Positions 19,749 through 29,135 of a DNA stretch of 64,000 nt are shown in pieces. Made by a program: the position numbers and the translations under genes. Source of the DNA: Candidatus Tectimicrobiota bacterium (lineage in GTDB: Bacteria > UBA8248). The stretch covers positions 3,771 through 67,770 of the forward strand of contig JACPUR010000040.1 in assembly GCA_016192135.1 (NCBI GenBank), read 5' to 3'. Position 1 is the stretch's first letter, and the number at the start of each line of letters is the position of its first letter. The notes below the pieces were generated by a model. It did not search any database and was not told the DNA's origin. It worked only from the letters and a program-made list of their open reading frames with translations.

Positions 19749-20618
19749 CTACCCCCCCAGGATGACCAGCACGAGCCCCGCCAGCACGATGCCCCCGCCC
19801 AGGAGGGCCTCCCCCAGCCGCTCCCGCTCCCGGAAGAAGAGGTACCCCATGGCGATGGCGAAGAGGATCTCGGTCTGCTTCACCGACTCCACATAGGAGG
19901 TCAGGGTCAGCCGGTAGGCCTCCGCTAGGGCGTAGCTGTTCACGAAGGCGAAGAAACCCATCCCCGCGAAGCCCTTCCAGTGGGCTGGGACCTGGCGGAA
20001 GTGCCGGGCGGACTGCCGCAGGGCGATCGGGAGCATGAGCAGGGAGGCCGCCGCGTAGGTCCCCAGGGTGCCGAAGGCGGCGCTCGAGGAGACGGCCGCC
20101 CATTTGAAGCAGATGACCGAAGGGGCGTACAGGAAAGAAGAGATGAGGCCGTAGCGCAGCCCCTTGTCCGAGAGGACGAGCCGCACCGGCTCCCACGGCG
20201 AGACGCGCGCGCGCGAGGCGTTCAGGAAGTACACCCCCGCGAAGGCCACCAGGACGCCCGCCAGCCCCCAGGCCGAGGGGGCCTCCCCCAGGGTGAAGTA
20301 GGAGAGCAGCACGAGCCAGATGATCGAGAGCTTCCAGATCGAGGTGACGACCCCGATCTTCCCATAGAGCAGGGCTTTGGAGAGGGTGAGGGTGGCGGCC
20401 GTCTGGGCGAAGGCGAAGAGGGCGCATGCCGCCCAGAAGGAGGGCCGGATCTCGGGCACCCCCGTCGCCGCGACCGCCACGGCGGCGAAGGGGAGTAGGA
20501 AGACGAAGCGGCCCAGGACGTTGATGTATTCGTCCAGCTTGTGGCCCAGCGACTTCATCGCCGCGTTGCGCGAGGTCTGGGCCAGGGCCGAGACGAGGGA
20601 GAGCGTCACCCAATCCAA
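19749..20618 (-). CDS. EamA/DMT-superfamily transporter (10 TM)
   Basis: 289 aa, two EamA-like halves, hydrophobic throughout. Confidence 0.75.
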   Translation of the reverse strand: MDWVTLSLVSALAQTSRNAAMKSLGHKLDEYINVLGRFVFLLPFAAVAVAATGVPEIRPSFWAACALFAFAQTAATLTLSKALLYGKIGVVTSIWKLSIIWLVLLSYFTLGEAPSAWGLAGVLVAFAGVYFLNASRARVSPWEPVRLVLSDKGLRYGLISSFLYAPSVICFKWAAVSSSAAFGTLGTYAAASLLMLPIALRQSARHFRQVPAHWKGFAGMGFFAFVNSYALAEAYRLTLTSYVESVKQTEILFAIAMGYLFFRERERLGEALLGGGIVLAGLVLVILGG

Positions 20619-20674
20619 GGCTGCCCCTTTTCAAGGTGTCGGAGACGGAAAGGTCTTCTACCCTCCCTTCCTCA

Positions 20675-20698
20675 ACCGCGCAACCGCGCAACCGCGCC
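20675..20698. repeat. Microsatellite (CAACCGCG)x3
   Basis: Three perfect tandem 8-mers in the EamA/SBP divergent leader. Confidence 0.8.
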
Positions 20699-20958
20699 GG
20701 GCGGGACTTTCCGGCGCTCAAATTTCTGTCTTGCATCCATCCCCAAAATACGGGAAACTCGCACCATACGCTCATTCCTACTTATTTTCATATTCGAAAC
20801 TCTCGCCATTTCTTTCGCTGTCATGCCCGAAGAAGACGGCTTCCCCGCCTTTGTCCCAGGCGGGAGGAGAGACCGGGCCGGCGTCCCCCCTCGGGGGAAG
20901 GCCGCGGGCCCCAATCCGGCTCCACGGACCGCTCCCCATTTTCCAGGAGGAGGATCCC

Positions 20959-22560
20959 ATGCGCACCCGCTCAATACCGCTGGTTCTCGCCGCGCTGGCG
21001 GCCGCCCTGGCCTTCGCGCTCCCCGCCCGGGCGGCGGAGCCCAAGCGCGGCGGCATCGTCAACTGGTTCATCTACGCCGACCCCACCCGCCTGGACGTAC
21101 ACGGCGAGTCGGCCCTCGCCCACCAGCAGGCCACGGGGGGCGTCTTCAGCGGCCTCCTCCAGCACGACCCCGAGAAGCCGGGCGAGCCCGTCCCCGACTT
21201 GGCGACGGGCTACGAGGCCTCCGCGGACGGGACGGTGTTCACCTTCAAGCTCCGCCAGGGGGTGAAGTGGCACGACGGCAAGCCCTTCACCTCCCGGGAT
21301 GTGGTGGCCACCTTTCAGCGCGTGACGGGGAAGGACTTCCGCAGCCCCCGCTGCGGCACCCTGATCAAGCCCATCCTCGCGAAGATCGAAGCGGCGGACG
21401 ACCATACGGTCAAGTTCACGCTCAAGCATCCGGCCGGCACCTTCATCCCCTCAATCGCCTCGGCGTGGTGCCGGATCGTCCCCAAGCACGTCCTCGACCG
21501 CGACGGCAACCTGAACTCGGCCAAGAGCATCGTCGGCACGGGGCCCTTCAAGCTCAAGGACTACAAGCGGGGCAGCATCATCGAGTGGGAGCGCAACCCC
21601 GACTACTACGCCAAGGGCCTCCCCTACGTGGACGGGGTGAGGCAGTTCGTCCTGGTGGGCCGGCCCACCCAGCTCGCGGCCGCCAAGGCGGGCAAGGTGA
21701 TGCTCTGGGACACTTGGCCCCCCATGTCGAAGTCCCAGGCGGAGGAGGTGAAGAAGGCGCGCGGGGACCGGGTGAAGATATACCCCTGGCCGATCAACAC
21801 GGTATTCATCACCTACCTCAACCCCAAGAAGAAGCCCTTCGACAACCCGGAGATGCGCAGGGCCGTCCGGCTGGCGATCAACCCCCACGAGGTCGTCGCC
21901 AAGGTGTTCGAGGGCGCGGGCACGCCTTGCAACCTCCTCGACCCCAAGCTCTACGGGGAATTCGCGCTCCCCCGGGAAGAGGTGCTGAAGGCGCCCGGGT
22001 GCAACCCGGCCACGAAGGAAAAGGACATCGAGGAGGCGAGGAAGATCGTCCAGAAGCTCCACCCGAACGGGGTGGAGGTCGAGGTCGCCACTCGGGCCGT
22101 GGCCGACTACGTGGACCGCAGCCAGCTCATCATCCAGCAGCTGCGGAAGATCGGCATCCGCGTGAACTTCAAGACCTACGAGAGCGCGGTCGGCTTCCGC
22201 AACTGGGGCTCGGGCAACTTCACGATCATCAGCTCCCAGGACACGGCGATGGTCCTGTCCGACCCCCACAGCATGTTCGCCCTCACCTACAGCGGGGACG
22301 GGGGCCGGAACTACACGCGGTGGAAGGACCCGAAGATCGAGGAGCTCATCGGCAAGGGCCTGCGCGAGACCGACAAGGCCAAGCGCGTGAAGATCTATCA
22401 CGACCTCCAGCGCTACATCCTCTCGAAGCCGGATCATCCCAACATCGTGATCTCCTGGATCGAGGGATGGTTCTTTGAGGACACGCGCCTCAAGAACTAC
22501 CGCCAGGCGACCACCGTCTACGACAACAACACGTTCCAGAAGGTCTGGCTCGGCGAATAG
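20959..22560 (+). CDS. ABC transporter substrate-binding protein, family 5 (DppA/OppA-like), with signal peptide
   Basis: MRTRSIPLVLAALAAALAFALPARA signal; SBP_bac_5-type sequence; AGGAGG RBS; in frame within the 727-aa track ORF. Confidence 0.9.
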   Translation: MRTRSIPLVLAALAAALAFALPARAAEPKRGGIVNWFIYADPTRLDVHGESALAHQQATGGVFSGLLQHDPEKPGEPVPDLATGYEASADGTVFTFKLRQGVKWHDGKPFTSRDVVATFQRVTGKDFRSPRCGTLIKPILAKIEAADDHTVKFTLKHPAGTFIPSIASAWCRIVPKHVLDRDGNLNSAKSIVGTGPFKLKDYKRGSIIEWERNPDYYAKGLPYVDGVRQFVLVGRPTQLAAAKAGKVMLWDTWPPMSKSQAEEVKKARGDRVKIYPWPINTVFITYLNPKKKPFDNPEMRRAVRLAINPHEVVAKVFEGAGTPCNLLDPKLYGEFALPREEVLKAPGCNPATKEKDIEEARKIVQKLHPNGVEVEVATRAVADYVDRSQLIIQQLRKIGIRVNFKTYESAVGFRNWGSGNFTIISSQDTAMVLSDPHSMFALTYSGDGGRNYTRWKDPKIEELIGKGLRETDKAKRVKIYHDLQRYILSKPDHPNIVISWIEGWFFEDTRLKNYRQATTVYDNNTFQKVWLGE

Positions 22561-22634
22561 GAGCGCTTCCGGCCCCGCGGGCGGGACGGCCGTCCCCCGC
22601 CCGCGGGCCTTCGCCTTGCGGCCGGAGCGAAGCC

Positions 22635-23597
22635 ATGCGCGAGTACATCATCCGGCGGGTCCTGCTCTTCATTCCCTCCCTCGTGGGGGCGAGCCTCGTC
22701 ATCTTCGTCCTGATGCGGCTCGTCCCGGGCGACATCGCCGAGATCCTGGTCTATTCCGCGGGCTCCGAGCAGGCCTCCGTGGCCAAGGCCCAGGTGGCCA
22801 AGATCCGCGCCGAACTCGGCCTCGACAAGCCCATCGCCGTCCAATACGTCCTCTGGCTCAAGGGCGCCCTGCAGGGAAACTTCGGCCATTCCTATCTCGA
22901 GGACCGGCCGGTGGCCGAAATGCTCGCCGAGTGGTTCCCGCGCACGATGGAGCTGGCCCTCCTGACCCTTCTCCTGGCCGCGCTCTGGGCCGTGCCCCTG
23001 GGGGTGGTCTCGGCGGTCAAGCAGGACCGCTGGCCCGACTATCTCTGCCGCTCGCTCAGCATCAGCGGGCTGAGCGTGCCGATCTTCTTCTCCGGCGTCC
23101 TCATCCTCTTCGTCCTGGTGCGCTACTTCCAGTGGCTTCCCCCCCTGGAGTACGCGAGCCTGTGGGAGGACCCCGCCCGGAACCTCCAGAAGATCATCTG
23201 GCCCGCCCTCGCCCAGGCCTTCTACATCAGCGCCCCCATCACCCGCCTGACGCGGAGCCAGCTCCTCGAGGTCATCCGCGAGGACTACGTGCGCACGGCC
23301 CGCTCCAAGGGCCTGCTCGAGCAGCTCGTCATCTACCGCCATGCGCTCAAGAACGCCCTCCTGCCCGTCGTCACCTTCACGGGCTGGTGGGTCGGGCGCC
23401 TCCTGGGGGGCATCGTGGTGATGGAGATCATCTTCCAGATCCCGGGCATGGGCATGGGGCTCATCACCTCGGTCAACAACCGCGACTACCCGGCGGTGCA
23501 GGCGATCGTGTTCGTCATGGCGGGCATCTTCCTCCTGCTCAACCTGCTGGTCGACCTCGTCTACGCCTGGCTCGATCCGCGCATCAAGTACGCCTGA
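22635..23597 (+). CDS. ABC transporter permease (DppB/OppB family)
   Basis: 320 aa, 6 TM, BPD_transp_1 EAA-like region (YVRTARSKGLLEQLVIYRHALKNAL). Confidence 0.9.
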   Translation: MREYIIRRVLLFIPSLVGASLVIFVLMRLVPGDIAEILVYSAGSEQASVAKAQVAKIRAELGLDKPIAVQYVLWLKGALQGNFGHSYLEDRPVAEMLAEWFPRTMELALLTLLLAALWAVPLGVVSAVKQDRWPDYLCRSLSISGLSVPIFFSGVLILFVLVRYFQWLPPLEYASLWEDPARNLQKIIWPALAQAFYISAPITRLTRSQLLEVIREDYVRTARSKGLLEQLVIYRHALKNALLPVVTFTGWWVGRLLGGIVVMEIIFQIPGMGMGLITSVNNRDYPAVQAIVFVMAGIFLLLNLLVDLVYAWLDPRIKYA

Positions 23598-23607
23598 GGA
23601 GCGGGGA

Positions 23608-24534
23608 ATGAAAACCGGCATCGCGCCCAGGGAGGCCCAGCGGGGAGGGCGGGAGGCGCCCCGGGAGGAGCTCCGCTCCGGCCGCGAGGAGCTGTGGAAC
23701 GTCCTGCGCAACTTCCCCCGCCGCCAGCCGCTGGGAGCCATCGGCGGGATCCTCGTCGCCCTGCTGGTGTTCGTCGGCCTGTTCGCCCCGTGGCTCGCCC
23801 CCCACAACCCGAAGGCGGCGGGGTTCGACCCCTACCTTCCGCCCGGCGGCGGCTTCCCCTTCGGGACGGACCACCTGGGCCGCGACGTGCTGAGCCGGGT
23901 GATCTGGGGCGCGCGGCTCTCGCTCTACGTGGGGCTCACCTCGGTGGGGATCGGCGTCACCCTGGGCTCCCTCTGGGGAGTCGTGACGGCCTTCTTCGGC
24001 GGGCTGTGGGACACGGTGAGCCAGCGCGTGGTGGACATCCTGATGGCCTTCCCCCCCATCATCCTGGCCCTGGGGCTGATGGCCGTGCTCGGCCAGTCGG
24101 TGGAGAACGTCATCCTGACCCTCACGGTACTCCTCACCCCCACGGCGGCGCGCACCATCCGCTCCACCGTCCTCGGGATCAAGGAGATGATGTACATCGA
24201 GGCCGCCCGCGCGGCGGGCCTCCCGAGCCGGCGGCTCATCGCCCGCCACATCATCCCCAACGCGATGGCCACCTACCTCGTCCTCTTCAGCGTGAACATC
24301 GCCTACGCCATCGTGGTGGAGGCGGCCCTGAGCTTCCTCGGCCTGGGCGCCCCCCCCGACGAGCCCTCCTGGGGCGGGATGCTCACCGGCGCGGCCGGGC
24401 ACCTCGAGCGCGCCCCCTGGATCGCCCTCTTCCCGGGCGCGGCGCTCAGCCTCTCGGCCTTCGGGCTGAACCTCCTGGGCGACGCCGTCCGCGACCTCCT
24501 CGACCCCCGGCTCCGGGGCACCGGATCGGGCTAG
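23608..24534 (+). CDS. ABC transporter permease (DppC/OppC family)
   Basis: 308 aa; N-terminal OppC_N-like segment then permease core (YIEAARAAGLPSRRLIARHIIPNA). Confidence 0.9.
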   Translation: MKTGIAPREAQRGGREAPREELRSGREELWNVLRNFPRRQPLGAIGGILVALLVFVGLFAPWLAPHNPKAAGFDPYLPPGGGFPFGTDHLGRDVLSRVIWGARLSLYVGLTSVGIGVTLGSLWGVVTAFFGGLWDTVSQRVVDILMAFPPIILALGLMAVLGQSVENVILTLTVLLTPTAARTIRSTVLGIKEMMYIEAARAAGLPSRRLIARHIIPNAMATYLVLFSVNIAYAIVVEAALSFLGLGAPPDEPSWGGMLTGAAGHLERAPWIALFPGAALSLSAFGLNLLGDAVRDLLDPRLRGTGSG

Positions 24535-24577
24535 CGGCGGAATCCGAACGCATGGCTCGCGCCGGGGCCCGGTTTCC

Positions 24578-24782
24578 TCCCCCTCTCCCCCTGGGAGAGG
24601 GCGGGGCATCCAAGCGGCCCGCCGCTCGGATGCTCCGGGTGAGGGATGATCCGGCGGCGCGGCCTTCCCTCGCCCCCGTCCCCTCTCCCGCCTGCGCGGG
24701 CCGAAGCCCTTCCACCTTCGCGAATCCGCTCCCGCCTTCGCGGATACGCTTCGGCGGGCGGCGGCCCGGAGGGAGAGGGGAG
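24578..24782. repeat. Structured intergenic repeat family B, copy B2 (third hairpin has a ~110-nt inserted loop)
   Basis: CCCTCTCCCCctgGGAGAGGG ... GGTGAGGG..CCCTCgCCC ... CCCCTCTCCC...GGAGGGAGAGGGG. Confidence 0.6.
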
Positions 24783-24911
24783 CCAGACCCGGCGGGGAAC
24801 GATGTCCCCGCGAACAACCCGTTGAGACGTCACAGCTGGCTCCCTCTCTCCCCACCCCCGTGCTAGGATCGCGCCGCGCCTTTCCCGAGCCGAAAGGGGA
24901 ACCCCGTCTCC

Positions 24912-26165
24912 GTGCCCGCCGCCCCTCCCCTTCCCGCGACGCCCCCCCGCTTCTGGTACGGCTGGGTCGTCCTGGGCACCGTCTTCCTGGCGATGTGCAC
25001 CCTCATCTCCGTGCGGAGCTCCTTCGGGGTCTTCTTCAAGGCCGTGGCGGGGGAGTTCGGCTGGAACCGCGCCCAGACCTCGGGCGCCTTCTCGGCGGGG
25101 CTGCTGGGCCAGGCGCTGGGCTCCCCCTTCGCGGGCTGGCTGATGGACCGCTGGAGCATCCGGGGCACCATGGCCGCCGGCATCCTCTTCACCGGCCTGG
25201 CCGCGGGCGCCATGGCCCTCACGAACGGCCTGGGCTTCTACTACGCCATGTACTTCCTGCTCTGCCTGGCCTTCGCGGGCGGGACCTGGGTGGCCCAGGT
25301 GCCCACCCTCTCCAACTGGTTCGTCTCGCGCCGGGGCATGGCCATGGGCGTCACCAACTCGGCCCAGGGCCTGGCCTTCTTCATGAACGTGGCCACCCCC
25401 TTCCTCATCGCCTGGCTCGGCTGGCGGGGGAGCTACCTCGCCCTCGGCGGGATGCTCCTCTTCCTCACCTTCCCCCTCATCGCCTTCTTCCACCGCGACC
25501 ACCCCCGGCAGATGGGCACGGTGGCGGACGCGCCCTTCCTCCGGACGGGGGTGGCCCCGCCCCCCGCCCCCGGGAAAAAAGAAAGCCCCGCCCGCGGGGG
25601 CGCCATCCTCTCCCTCCCCTTCGCCCTCGTCGCGGGCGTCTACATGAGCATCGCCTTCTCCTTCTCGGCCCAGATCGTCCACCTCGTGCCCCACGCGACG
25701 GACCAGGGCTTCACCCCGGCCGAGGGAGGGCTCGTGCTGGCGGTGTGGGGGGGCGTCATGGTGGCGGGGAACCTCCTGAGCGCCGCCTCGGACCGCGTGG
25801 GCCGCCTCCCCACCTATTGGGCGGGCGCCCTGCTGGGGGCCCTCGCCGCCCTCCTCCTCGCCGGTTATTCCCGCGGGGACGCCCCCTGGGTCTTCTACCT
25901 CGCCACCGCCCTCTCGGGCCTGGGGCTGGGCCTCGCCCGGCCCACCGCATCGAGCCTCCTCGCCGACAACTTCTCGGGCGCCCGCTTCGGCCGGATCAAC
26001 GGGGCCGCCATGAGCCTCTTCGCCCTGGCGGGGGCCGCCGGCCCCACGGTCACCGGCGCCATGTTCGACGCCCGGGGAAACTACCGCGAGGCCCTCTGGC
26101 TCGTCGCCGCCTTCTTCATCCTGGGGGCCGCGTTCGCGACCGGGCTGGGGAGGAGGAAGCCATGA
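24912..26165 (+). CDS. MFS transporter (12 TM)
   Basis: 417 aa, two 6-TM halves; GTG start. Confidence 0.8.
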   Translation: MPAAPPLPATPPRFWYGWVVLGTVFLAMCTLISVRSSFGVFFKAVAGEFGWNRAQTSGAFSAGLLGQALGSPFAGWLMDRWSIRGTMAAGILFTGLAAGAMALTNGLGFYYAMYFLLCLAFAGGTWVAQVPTLSNWFVSRRGMAMGVTNSAQGLAFFMNVATPFLIAWLGWRGSYLALGGMLLFLTFPLIAFFHRDHPRQMGTVADAPFLRTGVAPPPAPGKKESPARGGAILSLPFALVAGVYMSIAFSFSAQIVHLVPHATDQGFTPAEGGLVLAVWGGVMVAGNLLSAASDRVGRLPTYWAGALLGALAALLLAGYSRGDAPWVFYLATALSGLGLGLARPTASSLLADNFSGARFGRINGAAMSLFALAGAAGPTVTGAMFDARGNYREALWLVAAFFILGAAFATGLGRRKP

Positions 26166-26181
26166 GAATGTTCTTTTCGCA

Positions 26182-26332
26182 GGGCGAATCTTGTATTCGC
26201 CCCGTTATGCCTCCGGGCGAACACGGGACCTTCGCCCTCCGCAGGGATTGGGCCTCCCGAAGGAGGGTTCGCCCCTACGGATCATTCTCCGTGCCGCCTC
26301 GCATGCAGGGGCGGTTCGCGAACCGCCCCTAC
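26182..26332. repeat. REP-like hairpin cluster (>=4 GC-rich perfect hairpins incl. GCAGGGGCGGTTCGCGAACCGCCCCTAC at 26305-26332)
   Basis: Hairpins GGGCGAATcttgtATTCGCCC, GGGCGAAcacgggaccTTCGCCC and the 28-mer palindrome; same 28-mer (1 mismatch) recurs at 30636-30663. Confidence 0.7.
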
Positions 26333-26422
26333 GGGACACCCGTGTCGCCCGCCAAACCGCACCGGACAGAAGCCGCGCGCGGCGGTAGAATGGCCGCGTC
26401 ATTTTTCCCCGGAGGACTTCCC

Positions 26423-26893
26423 ATGCCCCGCGCCGCCCGGCTCCTCGCCGCCCTCCTCCTCTCGGGCTGCGCCTCCGCCCCGGCTGGCCTCACCCAGGAG
26501 GTGACCGTCGAGGTGGTGAACGCCCCCGGCGCCGACTGCACCGGGGAGGACCTCCAGGGGCGGAAGTACCATTGGCCCAAGACCCCCGCCTCGGCCGCCC
26601 TCCCCCGGCGCGGCGGGCCCATCAACCTCGCCTGCGAGGCGCCCGGATTCAAGGCGCTCGCCTTCGTCCTCACCCGCTCGGCCGAGACCGGGACCAGCCC
26701 GCGCGAGACCTTCTTCTTCTTTCCCCCGGCCGCCGCCGCGGCCGGCCTCCTCCAGGGCGGCCCCGACGCCCGCTACCAGTACCCCAGCCCCGTCCGCCTG
26801 CTGATGGAGCCCGCTCCCGGCGCCCCCGAGGAGGTGAGGAGGCGCTACCGGGAGCTCATCCGGGAGCACGAGCGGGAGTCGCTGGGGAGGTAG
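26423..26893 (+). CDS. Lipoprotein, function unknown
   Basis: MPRAARLLAALLLSGC lipobox; GGAGGA RBS; in frame inside the 677-aa artefactual track ORF. Confidence 0.65.
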   Translation: MPRAARLLAALLLSGCASAPAGLTQEVTVEVVNAPGADCTGEDLQGRKYHWPKTPASAALPRRGGPINLACEAPGFKALAFVLTRSAETGTSPRETFFFFPPAAAAAGLLQGGPDARYQYPSPVRLLMEPAPGAPEEVRRRYRELIREHERESLGR

Positions 26894-26969
26894 GGGATGC
26901 GGAGGCGCTGGCCCCCATCCGCCGCTTTTTACTCAGAGTCAAATCCGGAAACCCGCCGTTTCGACGAAA

Positions 26970-27377
26970 TTAGGTCTCTTTTTTCCCGCGCTTCGCCGCT
27001 TCCGCTTCCTTCCCGGCCTTGATCAGCCGCGCAAGGCGGCGAAGCTCCGGGCCCACCGCGGGGTCGCGCAGGAGAGCCAGGAACTCTTCCTCGTCGGGGG
27101 TGGGGAGCCCGCGCGCTCCCCAGTAGGCCATCGACTCGGCCACGCCCTTTTCCGCGTCCAGATCCGGGAAGAAAACGGTGATCGACACCTCCATCGCCGC
27201 CGCCAGCTTGGCGAGGGTCTCGGCCTTGGGGGAGCGGTAGCGGCCCACCTCGATGGCGGAAATGTGGGCCTGGGAAACCCCAGAGGCGGCGGCCAGCGCC
27301 GTCTGGTCCCATCCCCTCTCCAGGCGTAACGCCTTAAGAATCAGTCCGATTTTCTTTTCAGCCTTCCGCTCGGCCAT
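26970..27377 (-). CDS. XRE-family HTH transcriptional regulator with C-terminal extension
   Basis: HTH_3-type helix-turn-helix (LRLERGWDQTALAAASGVSQAHISAIEVGR); start at MAERKAEKK (Met 25); diverges from a second XRE gene. Confidence 0.75.
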   Translation of the reverse strand: MAERKAEKKIGLILKALRLERGWDQTALAAASGVSQAHISAIEVGRYRSPKAETLAKLAAAMEVSITVFFPDLDAEKGVAESMAYWGARGLPTPDEEEFLALLRDPAVGPELRRLARLIKAGKEAEAAKRGKKET

Positions 27378-27492
27378 CCGCAGAAGGTACAAATATGCGA
27401 GTTCAAATACCACAGGAAAAATACATTGACGCCAATAAGTTGAATGCATATATTTTTAAGCAATTACTTGTTCTCAAATTGAGCGCCATGTC
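27378..27492. promoter_or_regulatory. AT-rich (~35% GC) divergent promoter/operator region between two XRE genes; contains TTGACG-17-TATATT (plus strand), 11-bp palindrome CTCAAATTGAG and inverted ATATGC/GCATAT
   Basis: GC content drops from ~70% to ~35% over 115 bp; hexamers and palindromes read directly. Confidence 0.55.
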
Positions 27493-27726
27493 ATGAAAAA
27501 CGACCTTCGCCACATCCGGGAAAAGCACAACCTCACCCAGGAACAGTTGCAGCAGGCGTCCGGGGTGGATCAATCGATCATCAGCGCCATCGAGATCAGC
27601 GGCCGCAGGCCCATCGTGGACACCGCGCTCCGGCTGGCCCGGGGGCTCTCCCGCCTGACCGGCAGGCAGTACCGGGTCGAGGATCTGTTCCCTCCGGAGG
27701 GGGACCCCATGGGGAGGCGCCGGTGA
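27493..27726 (+). CDS. Small XRE-family (Cro/CI-type) HTH regulator, 77 aa
   Basis: LTQEQLQQASGVDQSIISAIEISGRRP HTH; stop overlaps the downstream GTG. Confidence 0.8.
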   Translation: MKNDLRHIREKHNLTQEQLQQASGVDQSIISAIEISGRRPIVDTALRLARGLSRLTGRQYRVEDLFPPEGDPMGRRR

Positions 27727-28265
27727 ATCCGGACGCGGGGCTCCAGCCCGGGCATCACGTCCAGCGGGAGGGATTCTTCCAGAAACTCGCGAAGGAGCGG
27801 CACGGAAGGCTCTTCCGGCAGTGGCTGGGGGAAAACGGGCGGATCCTCGATCTGGGGTGCTGGGACGGCGCGCTCGCCCGGCACTACGCCGCGGGGAACG
27901 ACGTGATCGGCCTGGACCTCGGCCTGGCCGCCCTCCGGCTGGCGGCGCAAGTCCCCGGCATCCGAGCCGTTCAAGCCCCCCTGAGCGGGCCCTTGCCCTT
28001 CCCGGACGAGTGCTTCAGCGCCGCCGTGCTGGCCGATGCCGGAGAGCACCTGCCCTGGCTCGCCCTCATCCTGGCCGAGGCGCACCGCGTGCTCCGGCCG
28101 GAGGGCTTGCTCGTCGGGAGCGTTCCTCTCGCCTCCCATTTGCCGGACCGGCGGTTCACCTACCGGGACTTCCAGGGGCTTCTGGCCGCGCGCTTCCAGC
28201 TGGAAGTTTTCATCAGCGGAGAGCCGGGAGCCGGAAACACAGCCTTCCGCTGCCGGAAGATGTGA
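27723..28265 (+). CDS. Class I SAM-dependent methyltransferase (Methyltransf_11-like, small-molecule type), 180 aa
   Basis: Motif I ILDLGCWDG, motif post-I VIGLD; GTGA overlap with upstream XRE gene. Confidence 0.75.
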   Translation: MNPDAGLQPGHHVQREGFFQKLAKERHGRLFRQWLGENGRILDLGCWDGALARHYAAGNDVIGLDLGLAALRLAAQVPGIRAVQAPLSGPLPFPDECFSAAVLADAGEHLPWLALILAEAHRVLRPEGLLVGSVPLASHLPDRRFTYRDFQGLLAARFQLEVFISGEPGAGNTAFRCRKM

Positions 28266-28281
28266 GGGCGCGCAACCCTCC

Positions 28282-28998
28282 CTACCCCACCGCCTCTTTC
28301 AAAAAATACTCCATCGCGGCCCATGATCTCCTGTCCGCGCCGGCGTCGTACTTCACGCCCCCGGCGGGGTTGTTGGCGTGGGGGTTGGTGAAGGCGTGCA
28401 GGGCGTGGCCATAGGCGTGGAGCTGCCAGTCGGCCCGGGCCTCGGTGAGCTCCCTGGCGATCATGAGGACGTCCTCGGGCGGGGCGAGGGGATCGTCCCA
28501 GCCGTGCAAGAGGAGGACCTTGGCGGCGATGGGGGGCTGGGGGCCGAGCTTGGGCGGGTGGAAGAGGCCGTGGAAGCTCGCCACGCCCCGGACGCCCGGG
28601 GCGCCGCTCCGCGCGAGGTCGAGGACGCAGAGCCCGCCGAAGCAGTAGCCGATGGCGGCGACGCGCCCGGGGTCGGCCAGGGGGTGCTTCCTGGCCGCCT
28701 CGAGGGAGGCCAGGAGGCGGCGGCGCAGCATGGCCCGGTCCTCCAGGAGGGGCTGCATGAGCTTGGAGTTGTCCCCCGCGGGGTTGCCCCGGACGCCCCG
28801 GCCGAAGAGGTCCACGGCGAAGGCCAGGTAGCCCAGCCCCGCGAGCCGCCCGGCCGCCTCTCGCTCGGCGCCGAGCAGCCCGGCCCAGGCGTGGCTCACC
28901 AGGACGCAGGGGCGCTTCGACCGGCTCGATTCGTCATACGCCGCGTGGCCCTCGAAGGCGACGCCGCCCTCCTGGTACTCGATGGTCTCGGTGCGCAT
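28282..28998 (-). CDS. Dienelactone hydrolase family protein
   Basis: DLH fold markers (GYCFGG nucleophile elbow, HGWDDP, HAF); start at MRTETIEY (Met 38) with GGAGGAGG RBS. Confidence 0.8.
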   Translation of the reverse strand: MRTETIEYQEGGVAFEGHAAYDESSRSKRPCVLVSHAWAGLLGAEREAAGRLAGLGYLAFAVDLFGRGVRGNPAGDNSKLMQPLLEDRAMLRRRLLASLEAARKHPLADPGRVAAIGYCFGGLCVLDLARSGAPGVRGVASFHGLFHPPKLGPQPPIAAKVLLLHGWDDPLAPPEDVLMIARELTEARADWQLHAYGHALHAFTNPHANNPAGGVKYDAGADRRSWAAMEYFLKEAVG

Positions 28999-29135
28999 GT
29001 CGGCCTCCTCCAAAATCCAAATGGGAACCGCCTGGAGCCGGGGAAGGCGCCGCCGCCGTCCCGGCGTTCGCTTTCCCCGGCCCGGTGATGTAGAATCCTC
29101 AACAGGCATTCACTATTTTCAGAATCGAGGCGCAT

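Noticed and set aside
20675-20698. Possible CRISPR-like array
   Set aside because: Only three contiguous 8-bp units with no spacers; no cas genes anywhere in the window
26894-26940. Putative Rho-independent terminator after the lipoprotein gene (GC-rich segment + TTTTT)
   Set aside because: Could not define a clean complementary stem; arms are shuffled rather than inverted
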